From Trypethelium eluteriae (lineage: Eukaryota): DNA of 64,000 nucleotides. Both the position numbers and the translations under genes were made by a program. Location of the stretch: the NCBI GenBank assembly GCA_051942245.1, contig JAVECL010000043.1, positions 1 through 64,000 on the forward strand, in the 5' to 3' direction. Shown piece by piece: positions 48,926 to 62,400 of this stretch (its first letter is position 1; every line of letters begins with the position of its first letter). The notes under the pieces were generated by a model. That model ran no database searches, had not been told where the DNA came from, and saw only the letters and a program-made list of their open reading frames with translations.

Positions 48926-49344
48926 ACATAAGGCTGCGCACACAGGTACTTTCGCAAGTATGGAACCACAGAGCGGAGTACGCGGCAGAAATTGCCTGAA
49001 CGCTTTTCAGGCTGTCCAGTTCACAGTCGAGGTGCGACCTTCTCCACGATGTACTTGAAAGTTCCGAGTGGCGGGTTCCTTCGTTGGAGTGCTCGAGAAG
49101 AGGCATTCTAGATATCTACAGTAGGGGACCTTGAAGAGTGTATTCCGATGTGGTCGGTGTGATCAGGGAGAACAGCCCATTAATTGCGTTGGTTATCTTA
49201 GAGAAGCGTGGCTTACATGAGCAGAATCTTTACTATGGCGTTGGGATTGGCATGAAGAAAGGATTTGTATTTATCATATTACCAAGGTATGTGAAGATGG
49301 ACTTGAGTACTGCTCGTCCTGAGTATCATTTGAGTACTAGCCAA

Positions 49345-49858
49345 TTAAAATCCCTGCTGCCTGCCCTGGTTCTCGCCCTGGTTGTAGGAGTTGTCCACAT
49401 TCTGGTCGAAGTTCTGAACGTCGCCTTCAGCACGGCGTCCTTCACCCTCAACACCTCCGATCTTGTCGCCAATCCACTTAGCTGCCCCATCGATGGCACC
49501 ACCGATGTTGGAGGGGACATCTTTCACGTCCTGTACGGCATCTCGGCCCGCGTTATCGACACCCCGTTCAACGTCGCCCGGAACGTTCTCGACTGCTTGT
49601 TCGTCGCGGCGGACGTCTTGGCCGGCGCGGTCATAATCACCCTCTACCATGATAAAAGTCAGTCTTTGATATGTGAACTAGAGAGCTTGGTACGCCACGA
49701 TTCTGAAACTGATAGTGAAGGGTTTCGATAGCCAGGACTTTGGCACAAGGAAATTGACGCGATCTGAGATGTAGATGACTTTAGAGTGACTTACCAACGG
49801 CACCAGCAGCGTAACCTGCGTCCTGGGCGGCGTTCTGATCAAAGTCGCCTTGGCTCAT
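49345..49858 (-). CDS. Small hydrophilic, Gly/Asp/Gln-rich LEA/hydrophilin-like protein, 2 exons
   Basis: MSQGDFDQNAAQDAGYAAGAV joins EGDYDRAGQDVRRDEQAVENVPGDVE... through intron 49644-49794. Repetitive, acidic and Cys-free. Confidence 0.75.
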
Positions 49859-51795
49859 TGTGAATATTGTGAATGGATGTCGGAAGAATTGAGTTCAGAG
49901 AGTTTGTAGAGTATGCAGTTCCAGTCTGTAGTGTGGTTTGGGAGGTGAATGGCTCTGTCTTGGAGGTGGGCCATTTTGAGGAGCTGTACAAACCCCACGT
50001 ACGTCACTGCACATTCCCTGTTTACGGAACTTACCTCCTACCTTATGACACAATGGCTTTACACTTGAAACCACCTTCGTCGCGGGGGCGTGTTCAAAGT
50101 GACCCTTTCGAAGCATTCCCCCCAATGAATATCATCAGGGATACACACACTCGAGTGCAACATTTCTCACTTGCCGCCCGGGTTAATTAAATGGTGGGGT
50201 GAGATTCTGCCCTAGGCTAGCCTGGCAATATCTGACCCGCCAGATTATGTCTGCGGAACACAACGGCTTCTAATTGTCAAAAGCAAGTACAAATGAGAGC
50301 AAAAATACGGAATAGAGACTTTTCTCGGTTTTCACTAGCATGATTGTCAGGTGTCCTCATTGTGCCCCCTCATCTGGAACAAAGTGACACTGCGGATACT
50401 TGCCACGCTGTCCAGTCCAATCACTAACATACCGCAATGCAATTTCCCAGTAATCGACACAACAAAAAAGCAGAGCATCCCGTCTTGGTCATCGTCTCAT
50501 CCAATGCTGGACGCCTTGTCCGTGATTTTCTTCTCGGAAGAGACAGAAATGAATTGGCTTAGCGTCCTCTCATGATCGACTTTGCAAGTTCACCGAAGTT
50601 AGATAGGGACGTGGAGTCTTCGTCTTATTGATTGAGCACGGGATGGTTATTCGCCAGCTATCCGTCCACTATGTCTGGATTTTATCTACGTGAATAGCAG
50701 TCATCCGGAGGTTTCACCGCTCGCCTTCAAATGCCGCAGAGGTGCCAGAATTATGTTGTTGGAAAGCTTGTTGTATCCCCGGCATAGCCACCTACTGGTG
50801 CTTACTTCCGTTCCCAACCATTTTAGATGAAATCGCAGTCAGCAGTTATTCAGCCTCGACACGCATGGTAAGTAGATCGATGTCTTCCTGACGTACACTG
50901 TGTGATTCGAGATTGCTGGATGTCGCAAATAAACGTGACTTTCATCAGTGGAGGTGCCTTCCAGGTATGAAGTACCTGCCTCGTTTCAGGGTCCAACGAT
51001 CGGTATCACGACACCGGCTCATGCCTCTAGACAGGACTTGGCAGTGATAGGTTGCAGGCACGGCTAGGCTAACAGGGCTGGAAAGTTCCATGGTTGAAGA
51101 CAAGCTTTTTAGCGCCGACACCACTCGTTTTTCCTAGGAGTACTCCGTAGATCGTTTGGTGACCCCTAATTGTCATATGGAGAAATCGTCCAGGTACCCA
51201 AGGTTTCGTGGGTATCCATCGCCAAGTACCAAACGGAACGTGAACTGTGTATCAATCGTGTAACGACTCCAGCCGCACAAATGGGGCAGTTTCGCTGGGT
51301 CTTGGACCATCGTGATCTGTACATGTTTTGATCCTACTGAGCCCGCTCCCCACTCTTGCTCGGTCCTAATTTGATACATTCAGGTAACGTAGCCTTGATC
51401 CTCTTGCTCTTGTTTCTTACGATTGTACACCCTACGCGTCGCTCGTACGATTGGCGACCTTGTGCTCCGTAATATCGCCACCAACTGTCGTCGCCGGGCG
51501 AAGGAGGAGGATACATCGACTTGCGTTAAGCGATATTAGCGTGCAATATCTCGTATGCTCCCTGCCTTTGCTGGCGGATTGCTATGTTTAGACTGAGCCG
51601 GAGCTAGACCTCCCCTCACCCCCTGCTGTCGCCCTAAGACTACCTACATACGGAGTACGCTGCTCAAGGCCCGAATGTCAGCCTAATCGCTGCCCTGTGT
51701 CACAGCAGCTGTTGCTTGCTTTTTGCAGCCCCATTTCACATTCTCGTTCCGCACTCACCACTTCTCCTTTCAATCTACTGACCGCATCCGCAAAC

Positions 51796-53279
51796 ATGTT
51801 CTCCCAGCGTTGGCCGGTCTTCGTCGGCGTTACGGTGGTCATCCTGATCTTCCTGTTTTCCTTCTCAGAACATACAGACATCCGGTCAAGCTGGAGGCCA
51901 AAACCGTCGCCTCCTGTTCAGCCTATCGTCGTACCAGCGACTGAATCTTCGGACTGGACCTTTCAAGCGGCACGCGATGGACTCAATCTTGGTCTCTCTG
52001 ACCAGCGTTGCAATGTACGAGCTACTTGGCTCCGGTCGCATCACTAAATCCTTTCCTCCGCTAACACAGATTTCTGTAGGAGGCATTTCCCAAGTTATAC
52101 GCTGAAATTGACCGGGCAGTCGACTTTCATCGGAAACGTGGTGGTATTCAGAGAAGTCAGATCAAGCTTTCGGATGATCCAATCCATGCTCAGGCGCATT
52201 GCTTGATTTATGATGGTGAGGTGGGTAACACAGATGAAAAGCAGGGTCTCGCCAAGTCCCAATCACCAACAACTGATTTCAATCCCTAGCTTTACATTGT
52301 CGAGGAACGATTACGCGCATACCACGTAGGACCAAAACGAGATCCCCGAATTTCCGCCTCCGTCGGAGCTGTCTATCGCTCGCTCGTAGCATTACCCAAT
52401 CCCAGAGTCGTTCCCAATGTCGAATTCATTATTGACGTCGAAGATTGGCCAGGCGATGGAAACCCAGAACGGACAATTTGGGGGTTTAGTCGAGATCGCG
52501 AGGACAACAACACATGGATCATGCCAGATCATGGGGGCTGGAGCCCTTTCGACGTTTCAGGAGTTGGCTCGTATAGAGTCTTCCGTGACAACGTGAGGAT
52601 CAATGAGCAGCCATTCAAGGACAAGATTCCCAAGGCAGTGTACCGTGGTACCAAATCATTGAATCAAATGAGGGAGCATCTCGTCGAAGTCACCAAAAAC
52701 AAGCCGTGGGCAGACGCAGCGCATACAAACAAAGACAATCACATTCTAGCGCACAAATTTTGTGATTATCAATATCTCTTCCACGTTGAAGGTCAGTACG
52801 CCAAATTTTCCAGCTTCCCACTTGTCCATGAACATTGCTTAAACATGACAACAACAGGCAAATCCTGGTCCGGCCGTCTCCGCTACCTCGCTAACTGCGA
52901 ATCGGTTATGCTCATCCCCTCCCTGAACTACATCGCCCACTTCTACCCTCTCCTCGAATCCGAAGGTCCCAGCCAAAACTATGTGCACGTTGAGCACGAT
53001 TTCTCTGATCTTGAGTCCAAGATGGAGCATTATATCTCACATCCCGAAGAAGCGGCTCGCATTGCCGAAGAGGTCAGATCCTCGCTTCGCGATCGCTACC
53101 TCACTCCCGCTGCCGAGGCCTGCTACCACAGGCGGATGTACAAATCGTGGTCAGAGCTGCAGCAGTGGGAGCCCGAGCTGTGGAAAGAGGTGAAGGACGA
53201 GGCAAGTGGCAAGACCCACCTTGAGAGGAGGGGAGTCGGTTACGAGGCGTGGGAGCTGCCCAACCCCTTTCCAAAATGA
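51796..53279 (+). CDS. Glycosyltransferase family 90 (CAP10-domain) type II membrane protein, 4 exons
   Basis: N-terminal signal anchor; 'LSDQRCN|EAFPKLYAEIDRAV', 'PNVEF', 'WIMPDHG', 'KIPKAVYRG', 'CDYQYLFHVEG|KSWSGRLRYLANCES' and 'RDRYLTPAAEACY'. Confidence 0.88.
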
Positions 53280-53852
53280 TTAGTCCGGAGGGAGTGGGAC
53301 GGGTATTTGGCGTATATGTAAGAGGTTTGGAACCATGTGTACTGCATTTCCATCGCGCGGAGTACTGGGATGGGAAATTGGGGGTTTTCTCCTACGATGA
53401 AGCGATTTTCCGTATAACTGCGTTCGGGAGACGCATCTTCTTCATCTGATAGCGTTTCTCTATGGAAATTTTGGCAAAAGGTGTTCAATTGCTGCCAATC
53501 CATCTCTATTCTAGGTTTTAGAGTTTTCTCATGCCTTTATATTCCAAATTTTTGAGGCTCAAAATTAGCCGAAGCCACAGAAGGACTTTTCAGTTGGTAT
53601 CTTCCCATTCTACTCTATAATCATTGAGATTGGATAACATAGTGACAATAGATCGAATCCGGTGGCACCTCGTTCCCCAATGGACACTTCTTAATGGTCT
53701 GGAAAGATTTTCTATATTCTATGAGCTCTCTTTAGTGCATGAAGGCCGAACAAACTTTTTTGGTGACCCTAGGACCTCGTAGATCGGAACCTTAGGAAAA
53801 GGATAATGGCAATGACTCTTAGACGCTCTTTGGGGCAGTTGGAGGAGCTGCT

Positions 53853-53889
53853 AGGTGTCTCGCCAGGTGTCTCGCCAGGTGTCCTCCAG
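53853..53889 (+). repeat. Short tandem repeat (AGGTGTCTCGCC) x about 3
   Basis: ctaggtgtctcgccaggtgtctcgccaggtgtcctccag. Confidence 0.6.
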
Positions 53890-54625
53890 CATCATATATG
53901 TATGCAGTTCTTAGCGACTTCAAGATCAGGCTTCCTGCCACTCTCAGAACATTAACGCTATTGTGCCTGGATGCCGGATTGATACTGCAATCTCCTCGCT
54001 CTGGACTTTACTTGGTCTCTGATCTGGTAAGTCCATAGATATCATCGCAGCTTTGACATACAGGCACACTCATGATTGTGACTGCGCGACAAGAGAAACA
54101 GAGCGTTTGAAGTCACGAACATATTTTCTATATTCCCTAGGCCGCCAGATTCTCTCTCCCTTTCGGCAAATGTCGCTCTAGACCAAGAATGAAGTCCATC
54201 AACAAAAATTGAACACCTTTCTCAAAGAACGCTCTCCGAAATCCGATCAGTGAGACGTTCAGATCCATACCATTCAATTCAACAAGCTGATTCCCTGATG
54301 GTCTGGCAATATTTGTCTCCAATGATGAGGACAATATTGTAGTGATAATGGTTTCAAAGCATTTAAAGACGGGGGGGATCTTGGTCAGGGGTCGGCATGA
54401 GTCGAGAACGGTCAAGCTCGGGAATTGCGGAATTAGTCCGGTGTACTGTGCGTGACGACATTGCAAATTACATATCTGTAGCACCAAGAGCCTGGATTAT
54501 TTCGTCATGGAGTTCCGAGCAAACATATTTATAAGTCTCTTGTTCGGATGCTCTTCCGTCAAAAACTGCATTCATCGTCTTCTTCCTGAGTCGCAACCCG
54601 GACTTTAATTAAGCCAGCAGCAATC

Positions 54626-55663
54626 ATGGCACCACAATTGGCATGGATCGGTCTTGGAAATATGGGCAGGGTAAAACAAGCATTTCGTGTACGTCAAGCC
54701 GCATTGCTAATGCATGACAGGGGATGGTTAAGAATCTAGTAGAGAAGGGTAATCTGGACAAGCCCCTTATCATCTACAACCGCACGCCCAAGCGCGCCGA
54801 AGATCTTTCTGCGAAACTTCCAGCTGGCAAGACCAAGGTTGTCACCTCCATTGATAGCGCAGTTAAGCCTGCCGACATCATATTCACTTGTGTAGGCGAT
54901 GACAAAGCCATCACCGACACCATCGACACCTGTCTCAAGGCAGAAGCCAGGGGCAAACTATTTGTGGACTGCAGTACCATTCATCCAGATACCACTAATG
55001 CCCTGGCCAAGGCCATTGTCGCGCAAGGTGCTGAGTTTGTGGCATGTCCAGGTAAGCTCTCCACCTCTTTCCAACACATGTATTGTAAATTCCACCGACT
55101 GACATGGTGGCACGCACGCAGTCTTCGGTGCCCCTGCTATGGCCGAATCAAGGCAACTCGTCCTCGTCCTAGCAGGTCCCGCCTCTGCTGTTGACAAAGT
55201 AAAGCCTTACTGTACAGGTGTTACAGGACGCGCGATTATCGACTTTAGCGACCAGCCGCATGGCCGCGCCACACACCTCAAGATCATCGGAAATACATTC
55301 ATCCTGAACATGGTGGAGACGCTGTCGGAAGGCCATGCATTAGCGGAGAAGAGTGGCCTGGGCAGCGACAACCTACACCAGTTCATCGAGACCATGTTTC
55401 CAGGCCCGTACGTGGCATATTCGAGCCGGATAAAGTCGGGAGATTACCACAAGCGTGAGGAGCCGCTGTTTGCGGTCGACCTGGCGAGAAAGGACGCAAA
55501 GCATGCGCTGGATCTGGCGAAGGCTGCGGGGGTGACGATGGGTGACGTTGAGGTGGCTGATAATCATTTGAAAGAGGTGAAGAATCACATGGGATCGAGG
55601 GGAGATATTGCTGGCATTTACGGTGCTGTACGGAAAGAGAGCGGCCTCAAGTTCGAAGTGTAG
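54626..55663 (+). CDS. NAD(P)-dependent beta-hydroxyacid dehydrogenase (3-hydroxyisobutyrate/6PGD-NAD-binding family), 3 exons
   Basis: Rossmann motif WIGLGNMGR|GM, 'YNRT', 'FVDCSTIHP', 'ACP|VFGAP' and catalytic Lys in 'LKIIGN'. Confidence 0.9.
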
Positions 55664-56100
55664 CTGTGGAACAGAAGAGAAGTCGTGATAATTTGACGAG
55701 AGATCTTGTTCAAAGTTATTGCCTTAACGATATACGACTCCGAATTTCGTCAAAAATTCATTCTCGGATACGTCTGGCACTCTCGTTAATATAGCCTTGT
55801 CTCGATAAACTGGTGTGTGAATGATGTGTGATTCACCTCATTGAACCACTTGAATCTGTGCAGGGGATGTCTGCATCTTTCTTTCTCTTATTTTCGCAGT
55901 TGGTTACAACATTCCATATAGCCTCTATAGTATAGCTTCGGCACTTCAATCTTTCAAGTGCGTCGTCTTCCTTCTTCACCTAAGCCGATGAGATTGTCCC
56001 CGGTCAAGGCACAAAGATTGATCCAACCCGCTTTTAGACTCCCGAGGGAAGCAGCGCAGAGTCACATTCGTCAAATTTCCTTGACCTGATCTGGACATGA

Positions 56101-56703
56101 TCATTCCTCGCCACTCTCCCTTGTTTGCAATGTCCCAACGGATGTTCCTCCATCACACGTCTCATCCATGGTCTTGGTATCAATCATGCCTCCTGGGAAC
56201 AAATAGATGTAGTCCATTCTTCTGCCAGTCTTTCTCCACTGTTGCCCGTTCGGCTCCGTCACCTGCTGACCCTCTTCATCTGCAAACATGCACCAGTCTA
56301 GCTGATAGCCGATCGGGAGCTTGCACCTCGAACAGTAGCGAAGGTATCTCTTCTCAAAACCAGTGATTTTCCTCACGATCTGTGCTTTTGGCGATGCAAT
56401 CGTACTGAAGAGTAACGCAAAGTGCTGAACGCCCGGCGTTTTGAAAGTTTTGTCACCATTATGTTCGCCCGATTCTTGATTTTCATTGAGCCCATTATTA
56501 TCTTCAGGGTCCGAGTCTTCGCTTGATGGTAGCTTGTCAGGCAGACGTAGGATGTAGGGTTTTTCGACGCAGGAGGTGCGGATAGGTAGCGAGTCAAGTG
56601 ATTGCGTAGTCGCTAGAATCAGCTGCTTGCATAGACAATGGTATGTCTGAACTGGAGCTCCGGTCGAGTCCAAATCAGGTTTGCTGGCGTGTGACTGGTC
56701 CAT
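56101..56703 (-). CDS. STEEP1/CXorf56 (UPF0428)-like protein
   Basis: 'TYHCLCKQLILAT..LDSLPIR' and 'VRKITGFEKRYLRYCSRCKLPIGY' match the paired CxC/CxxC pattern of this family. Confidence 0.7.
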   Translation of the reverse strand: MDQSHASKPDLDSTGAPVQTYHCLCKQLILATTQSLDSLPIRTSCVEKPYILRLPDKLPSSEDSDPEDNNGLNENQESGEHNGDKTFKTPGVQHFALLFSTIASPKAQIVRKITGFEKRYLRYCSRCKLPIGYQLDWCMFADEEGQQVTEPNGQQWRKTGRRMDYIYLFPGGMIDTKTMDETCDGGTSVGTLQTRESGEE

Positions 56704-57022
56704 TTGGAAAGGCTTTCTCTCCCGACTTTTGATAATATCGAGAGGCTCTCCTCATTTAGAACCAGAGGCCTTTTTGTGCATGGTTCCGTAAACCAATGAT
56801 TGCGATTATCATTGTAGTGTTAAGAAATTGCGCGAGTTGAGACTGTGGTTGTCTTTAGATTGATACACGGGAAGGTGGGAGCACTCCCGCACTACCAGGT
56901 AAGCAGGTTAGATGAATTGCTTTCGCCTCGTGAGAGCAACAAAAAAAGGACACTAGCCAGCAAACTCTTTAAGAGCAATGCAGCAAAAAGGTCGAAGGTA
57001 GAAAGAAAAAAAAAAACAAGAT

Positions 57023-57110
57023 TTCGGATACCGGGAGTCGAACCCGGCTCTACCCGGGGCACAATGCTCTGATTGAGAGCGGGTGATGCTAGCCGATACA
57101 CCATATCCGA
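57023..57110 (-). tRNA. tRNA-Glu(CTC) with 16-nt intron
   Basis: Minus strand reads TCGGATA TGGTGTATCGGCTAGCATC ACCCG CT-CTC-A [ATCAGAGCATTGTGCC] C CGGGT AGAG CCGGG TTCGACT CCCGG TATCCGA A. Stems pair, and a T-run Pol III terminator follows. Confidence 0.93.
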
Positions 57111-57801
57111 TATGACTTCACAGGTACTTTGCTTTAAAATATATACCCTCAATCGCATGTAGAAAGAGGGTATCGAGATGAGATCGGGAATCTCTCTTTC
57201 TTCATAGCAAAGCTAAAACTTCCAGAGAGACGCAATATCACGCAGCGTCGATTGGTCTTTAACGTTGCGCATCCTTCCTCCATTCACCTATAATCATGTC
57301 GTTATCAATGGATTCGACCCTACTCGCATTAATCCATATCCTCCTTTTCGACATTCTAATGTGTAGATTGGTGTGGTGTCTTGGGCAATGTACACATTTC
57401 CAAGCCTCAGGCTCAGTAGAGATCGTCTGCTAGGTCTTTGTGTTTGTTGAAAGATGTGAGGAAAGTCTGGGCAACGAATGAGGGATGGACTTGAAGAAGA
57501 CTTCATTGAGGTTTCGGACATTCTTTAGGCCAAAGCTATATGCTTCGGCTGATTTGCGCTTCAGCAAGCTCGAATAAAGAATCATCAACTTGGTCTTTCA
57601 GTACAATAGCTGACGCTCCCCAATAAAAGTTCCACCAAGCTCCACACCGTGTCTGCGCCACCGGCGAAAGCCTGGCCAACGAACCACATGGAAAGCTTTT
57701 CAAGGGGTCGGTGCCGTAGCCTCAGAAGGACGATTCTACCTTGCCAAAAGAGCTCGCGATCGCCCAGAGTGCTCTCCATGCAGTAGCTGTCGTACATAGC
57801 A

Positions 57802-59472
57802 TCACGGAACTTGTCCCGCAACACGGAGAGACTCGGCTTTGACTTCAATTTCCTGCCAAAGCCTTCTAAACGAATCTTCGCAAAATACCGCATACCAAAC
57901 CACGTCAGTCAAACGAGTTCTCACATGTTCCCAAGTGATCACCTCCAGATCTTGAGTAATTACAACCAGATGATCAACGAACCAGTTCCGCTCCGGCATA
58001 TTCCAAGCGGAAACACCGCCAACAAAGAACATCCAAAGCACGAGATCGGTATGCAGAGTCAAGAAGATTGTGTATATGTCTAGAGATGCCTTCAAGTCAT
58101 GTACAATTGTATTGACCATCAAAGTTGGATCGGGATAATATCCACACAAGGGAAAGAAGACGTGAAGTACAGCCGCATAACGACAAGACTCGAGTAATCT
58201 TGAGATGACCGGATCCGTCTCCGGTCTTGGTGACAATTGAAACAGGGCTTGCATGAGGGAGGAGAGGTGGTTTAAGACGGAGAGACCTTCTTCGGTAGAC
58301 GAACTTGTCACTGTGATGGTGAACATGTGGGACATGTGGTTTGCCTCTTTCAGGATCATATTTCTGGTTTCAGTTGCATCATATAACTCCGGATCCACAT
58401 GGCTGAATACAACGCTGCCCGGGAAATCATGAAACTGACCTTCGAACTCGTAGGCAAGAGGCAGCGAGCGTACTTGGTTCGAGGCAATCATGGACATCCT
58501 GGAAGATATTAGATGTGGTCTTCTTTGGGAAGGTCGCCAGGCGTACCAGAACGCTATGTTTGCCGCCATAGGACTGGAGACTCGCAAGGCGTCCAACCCT
58601 CCACGCGCATTTACCATACGCTTCAACCCTTCCATGTGCATATTTAGACTTCGGATATTGCCTTTGCCATGCTGACCAAACTAGACTTAGGGCAAAAGAT
58701 GACTCTCTTGAATTGTGGAGCTTACCTCAATGGCCATAAGGTTGGCGACTGCAATAATGGTCTCATCTGACATGCCTTGAGACGGATCGGCAACTCTAGC
58801 TCGTAACAAGCCAATACATTCCGTCATTAGTCGAGTCGAGTCAGCTCGAACGGGCTCTTGCTGTAGAGCTTCCAGGCTAACTGCGCTCAAGTACAATACG
58901 ACGTTGAACAGCAGCTCATCTGCTCGAAGAAACGGCCACCAGAGGTCAATGATGCGTTTGGTATTGAAGAATGGAAAAGACCTGATCACGACGGTCGAAA
59001 GATCTGAATACGTGTTAGACTTCAACGAATATGGTACTGATTCCAGGCAGGCAAAGGTGGTACTGACAATGCTGTAGGAGAATATTTGAGTTATTGGTTG
59101 GCGTCTGTGGGTGAGTCTGGAAAGGATCGAGGACGTCACCTTCGATGGTCCGAGGTATTGCGAGTGCTACTGGGTGGGGATCCTCTATCTGGGCTGAGAT
59201 AACCACCTCCCGCGATGGCTTAGCGTCTGGCGGGAACTCGTACTCGCATCTTTCGATGTTGGCATAATGTCTGGCACAAGGCCCACATAGCGGTCGTTGT
59301 TCATCGCACTATAGCAAGTTAACGGCTCCGAATGGTTCTTTGCGGTTGACGATTCGGTAAATGTGCAGACCTTTACTTTCCTTGCCTTACAGTTTTTGCA
59401 TCCTTTTCTCGATTTTTTGTGAGCTCTCCTTGGATATGGCCCAGATGTGTCGTGTGAGCTCATCTGATCCAT
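57802..59472 (-). CDS. Zn(II)2Cys6 transcription factor with fungal-specific C-terminal domain, multi-exon
   Basis: 'RRAHKKSRKGCKNCKARKVK|CDEQRPLCGPCARHYANIERCEY', then 'SDETIIAVANLMAIE', 'HMEGLKRMVNARGGL' and 'LVLWMFFVGG..ERNWF'. Confidence 0.9.
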
Positions 59473-62400
59473 GCTTCTAAGACTTGCAGCGCCTGCTATT
59501 GACACGAAAGCTCGCAAGTCCTTTACGAATCCAATTGAAAGCTTCTGTCGTGATTGCCTAGCGTCGCTACATCAGCAGTCTCTTGACTCGGGACACGATC
59601 AGAAATGCTGTAGAGAGCCTATGAGAACGAGTGTCATTGAATTCGTAAAACTCCGGATAGCTCGCATGAGTAGTATGGAGGATGACCCTAGGAGATGGCT
59701 TGACAAGTGAGGATGTGATGCATCATCGTCTGTTGGAAGGTAATTAGTGACTTCATGGTAAGAAGATAGTTTTGTAACATCGTGTCCGTGCAGATTATGG
59801 AAGTAATGAGCTTTTGGAAAGGTAAACATATCTCCCGGCTGTCCTTGAGAGAGGCTATTTCCCTAACACCTGCTGATTTCCTGAGAATTCTCGCTTGCCT
59901 GAACATCAAGGAAGAACGTCGAAGCATACTAGCGAGAATCTTGCCTACGTATTGATAGACCACCAGCGAAAAACGTCTAGCACAGAGTAATGGTACAGCA
60001 GTTCAAGACAGAGAATGAAGTAGTACGGTACGTCTTGCGATCCTATTGTTCCTACTTACCGAGTAAAATCATGACCAATAGCCAGGTTCAGCATAGTCTT
60101 ATGAACATCAACGTGCCAGTCTAGTACAAGAGTGTACCACGGAACCCAAAAGCAATGACAGAAAAGTAGAGGTGATTGGTCAAAGATACGCGAGTGTCAT
60201 CTCATCGTACCAAAGTCGCGAGTCAACTTCGGAGAATCATTCTTCCATTCCGTGTTAATCTCTCTTCTCTTACCGTGCCGTTTATCTCTATCTCAACCCA
60301 GCGCTGCTCGAATCATCTGCATGATCTCCATTTCCACGAGAGAAAGGTAGACAGGTCTCGCAAGCTTTGCAAAGAGCTAGCAGCGCTGCATGCTGCAAGT
60401 ACGCTGTTCCTTGCAATGCAAGCTCCACCGCTGTACTGGCAGGCTGAAGGCTAGCGAAGGTCGCTTAAAGCTCAACCCACAAGGCTTGTCCTCGGTCGCT
60501 GGGATTTTTGGATTCCAACTTCCGAGCCTATGCTTCAGGGTAGATGTTAGCGAGCTTACCTTTTTGTTTTTCTTCTTTACCGCCACATACGACAAATATT
60601 GCGAACCCGTCCAGCTGAGCCAATCCTTCGGAACAATACTCAGTTCTGACCTTCCAGAGAGCGGAGGTGCTTGGCTGAGCATAGTCCTATGCGTCTCTCT
60701 CTCAATAGAATATCTCACGTTCTTCTGACTTACGCGGCCCTGACCACTCACATGATTTGTGAGCTGGCTCGTACCTGTAATTATCCTCACGAACAAGGGA
60801 TCATCGGTCCGAACCCTTAACTTATCAGAGACTTGGGACCCTGTGCTTCAAGCAGAACCTTGGAGAGGTCTCGGAAGCAGGCCGCCGCGAGCAATTCGAC
60901 TCAAAATGAGCTGTCGGAAATGATCAGGTCCTGTGCAAAGTATCGAACCTCTTCGTATCCGATCAGTTCATGGTCGGACATTTGGTCTCTAGTGACGTCT
61001 GAAAAGCTGTCAGTATGACTGCTGCTAATGTGGCTGTCTGTAGGTAGGAGCTTAGCTGTTCTTCGTAAAAAGGGGCAATCATGTGAGAAGACGGTACCGA
61101 CTGACTGGGTCGGGTAACGATCTACCGTCAAACTTGGGGCGTAGGATTCCCAGAAACTATTGTTATTAGGTTCTATGCAAACCCTATCACCTGGAATAGC
61201 ACACAATTCGCCAAGCAGATATGGTCACGAGAGAGATGGCATGCAACTCTCTCGCTGTGTAATTCATGGACAATCTTTTTTGACTACTGTATCCAGAAAG
61301 CATGAGTGAGAGGCAACAAAATTCTCCGAGAACGTCACCATACCCGGTTGAGCAATCCGAAAAGCCGAATAATCCGATGTCATTTTGCATGCCTCGTACG
61401 GCAAATGGGGGCTAGAGAAGTGTTCTGCAGAGCTGACAGCATAAGAGGCTACTAACAATAAACCTTTTCTGAGAAGGTATAGTATAGTTTCGCAACTGCA
61501 TATTAGGAAGGATTGGCGATCTAGGGTCCCTCGCTTTTTACATTCGCCACAGTCTTGTTTCGTAGGTGCAGGCAGGCAGGATAATTGTGAATGCTCTCTA
61601 ACGCACAGTAATCCTCGAGGAAATGCTCTTATGCTCTAAGTGCTTGCTTTGAGCTCGGAATTCTCCTCCGAAATGATTTTCGTGGGTTTCCAGCGAGGAT
61701 ACTGCTGCTTTCACAGAGCCTTGCTACCTTCTTTTCTGAGTTGAATTCTTATGTTTTGTAGAATAGGAGGATGCCATATTCAGATGAGAGCAAGATTACG
61801 AGAGCTAGAAGAAAGTAAAGTTTGGAGCTTTGCGGTACGTTGTGTTTGCTGATGATCACTGATGGAGCGACTAACAAGACGACGACTAAGTTAACGTATC
61901 GAGAAAAGAGGAGATTGACAGCACTTCAAAATCGCGACACTAAGAGGGTTTTGTCTAATCTGAGTTGCGTTGTAATGTAATTATTGGTTCGTTTTGGGTC
62001 TACATTCTTCGGAATGATAGGTACTCTCTGGACCTCAAATACAGAAGTGGCAAGTTTATACTCTTTCCCAAGTCCTGGTAAAGCTGTGAAGAATACGCGA
62101 GGGCTGAAGTAGATGTGCAAAGCAAACGAGCGCATGGTTTGTCAGGATTGTCCCATCTTTGGTGGGTTGGATTTTAAGTTTCAAGGCTATTTTTGTCAAA
62201 AGCCCCTAAAATCAAGCCGCGCCGGTGATGAGCTATATATTTGGCGATACACATATTGGTACTTTTTGAAGATACCTATGTGAGAGAAGCTCAAATTTAC
62301 TCACGCTTTCAGCTAAAGCAAAGATGTTACCTGGCAATATCGGCTGCAACATAGATCACGATAGAACGCCCGAGGAGAAGCTTCAAATTGAGTGGGTGCC

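Noticed and set aside
49138..49731. 197-aa hydrophobic plus-strand ORF
   Set aside because: It is the antisense shadow of the LEA-like gene on the minus strand.
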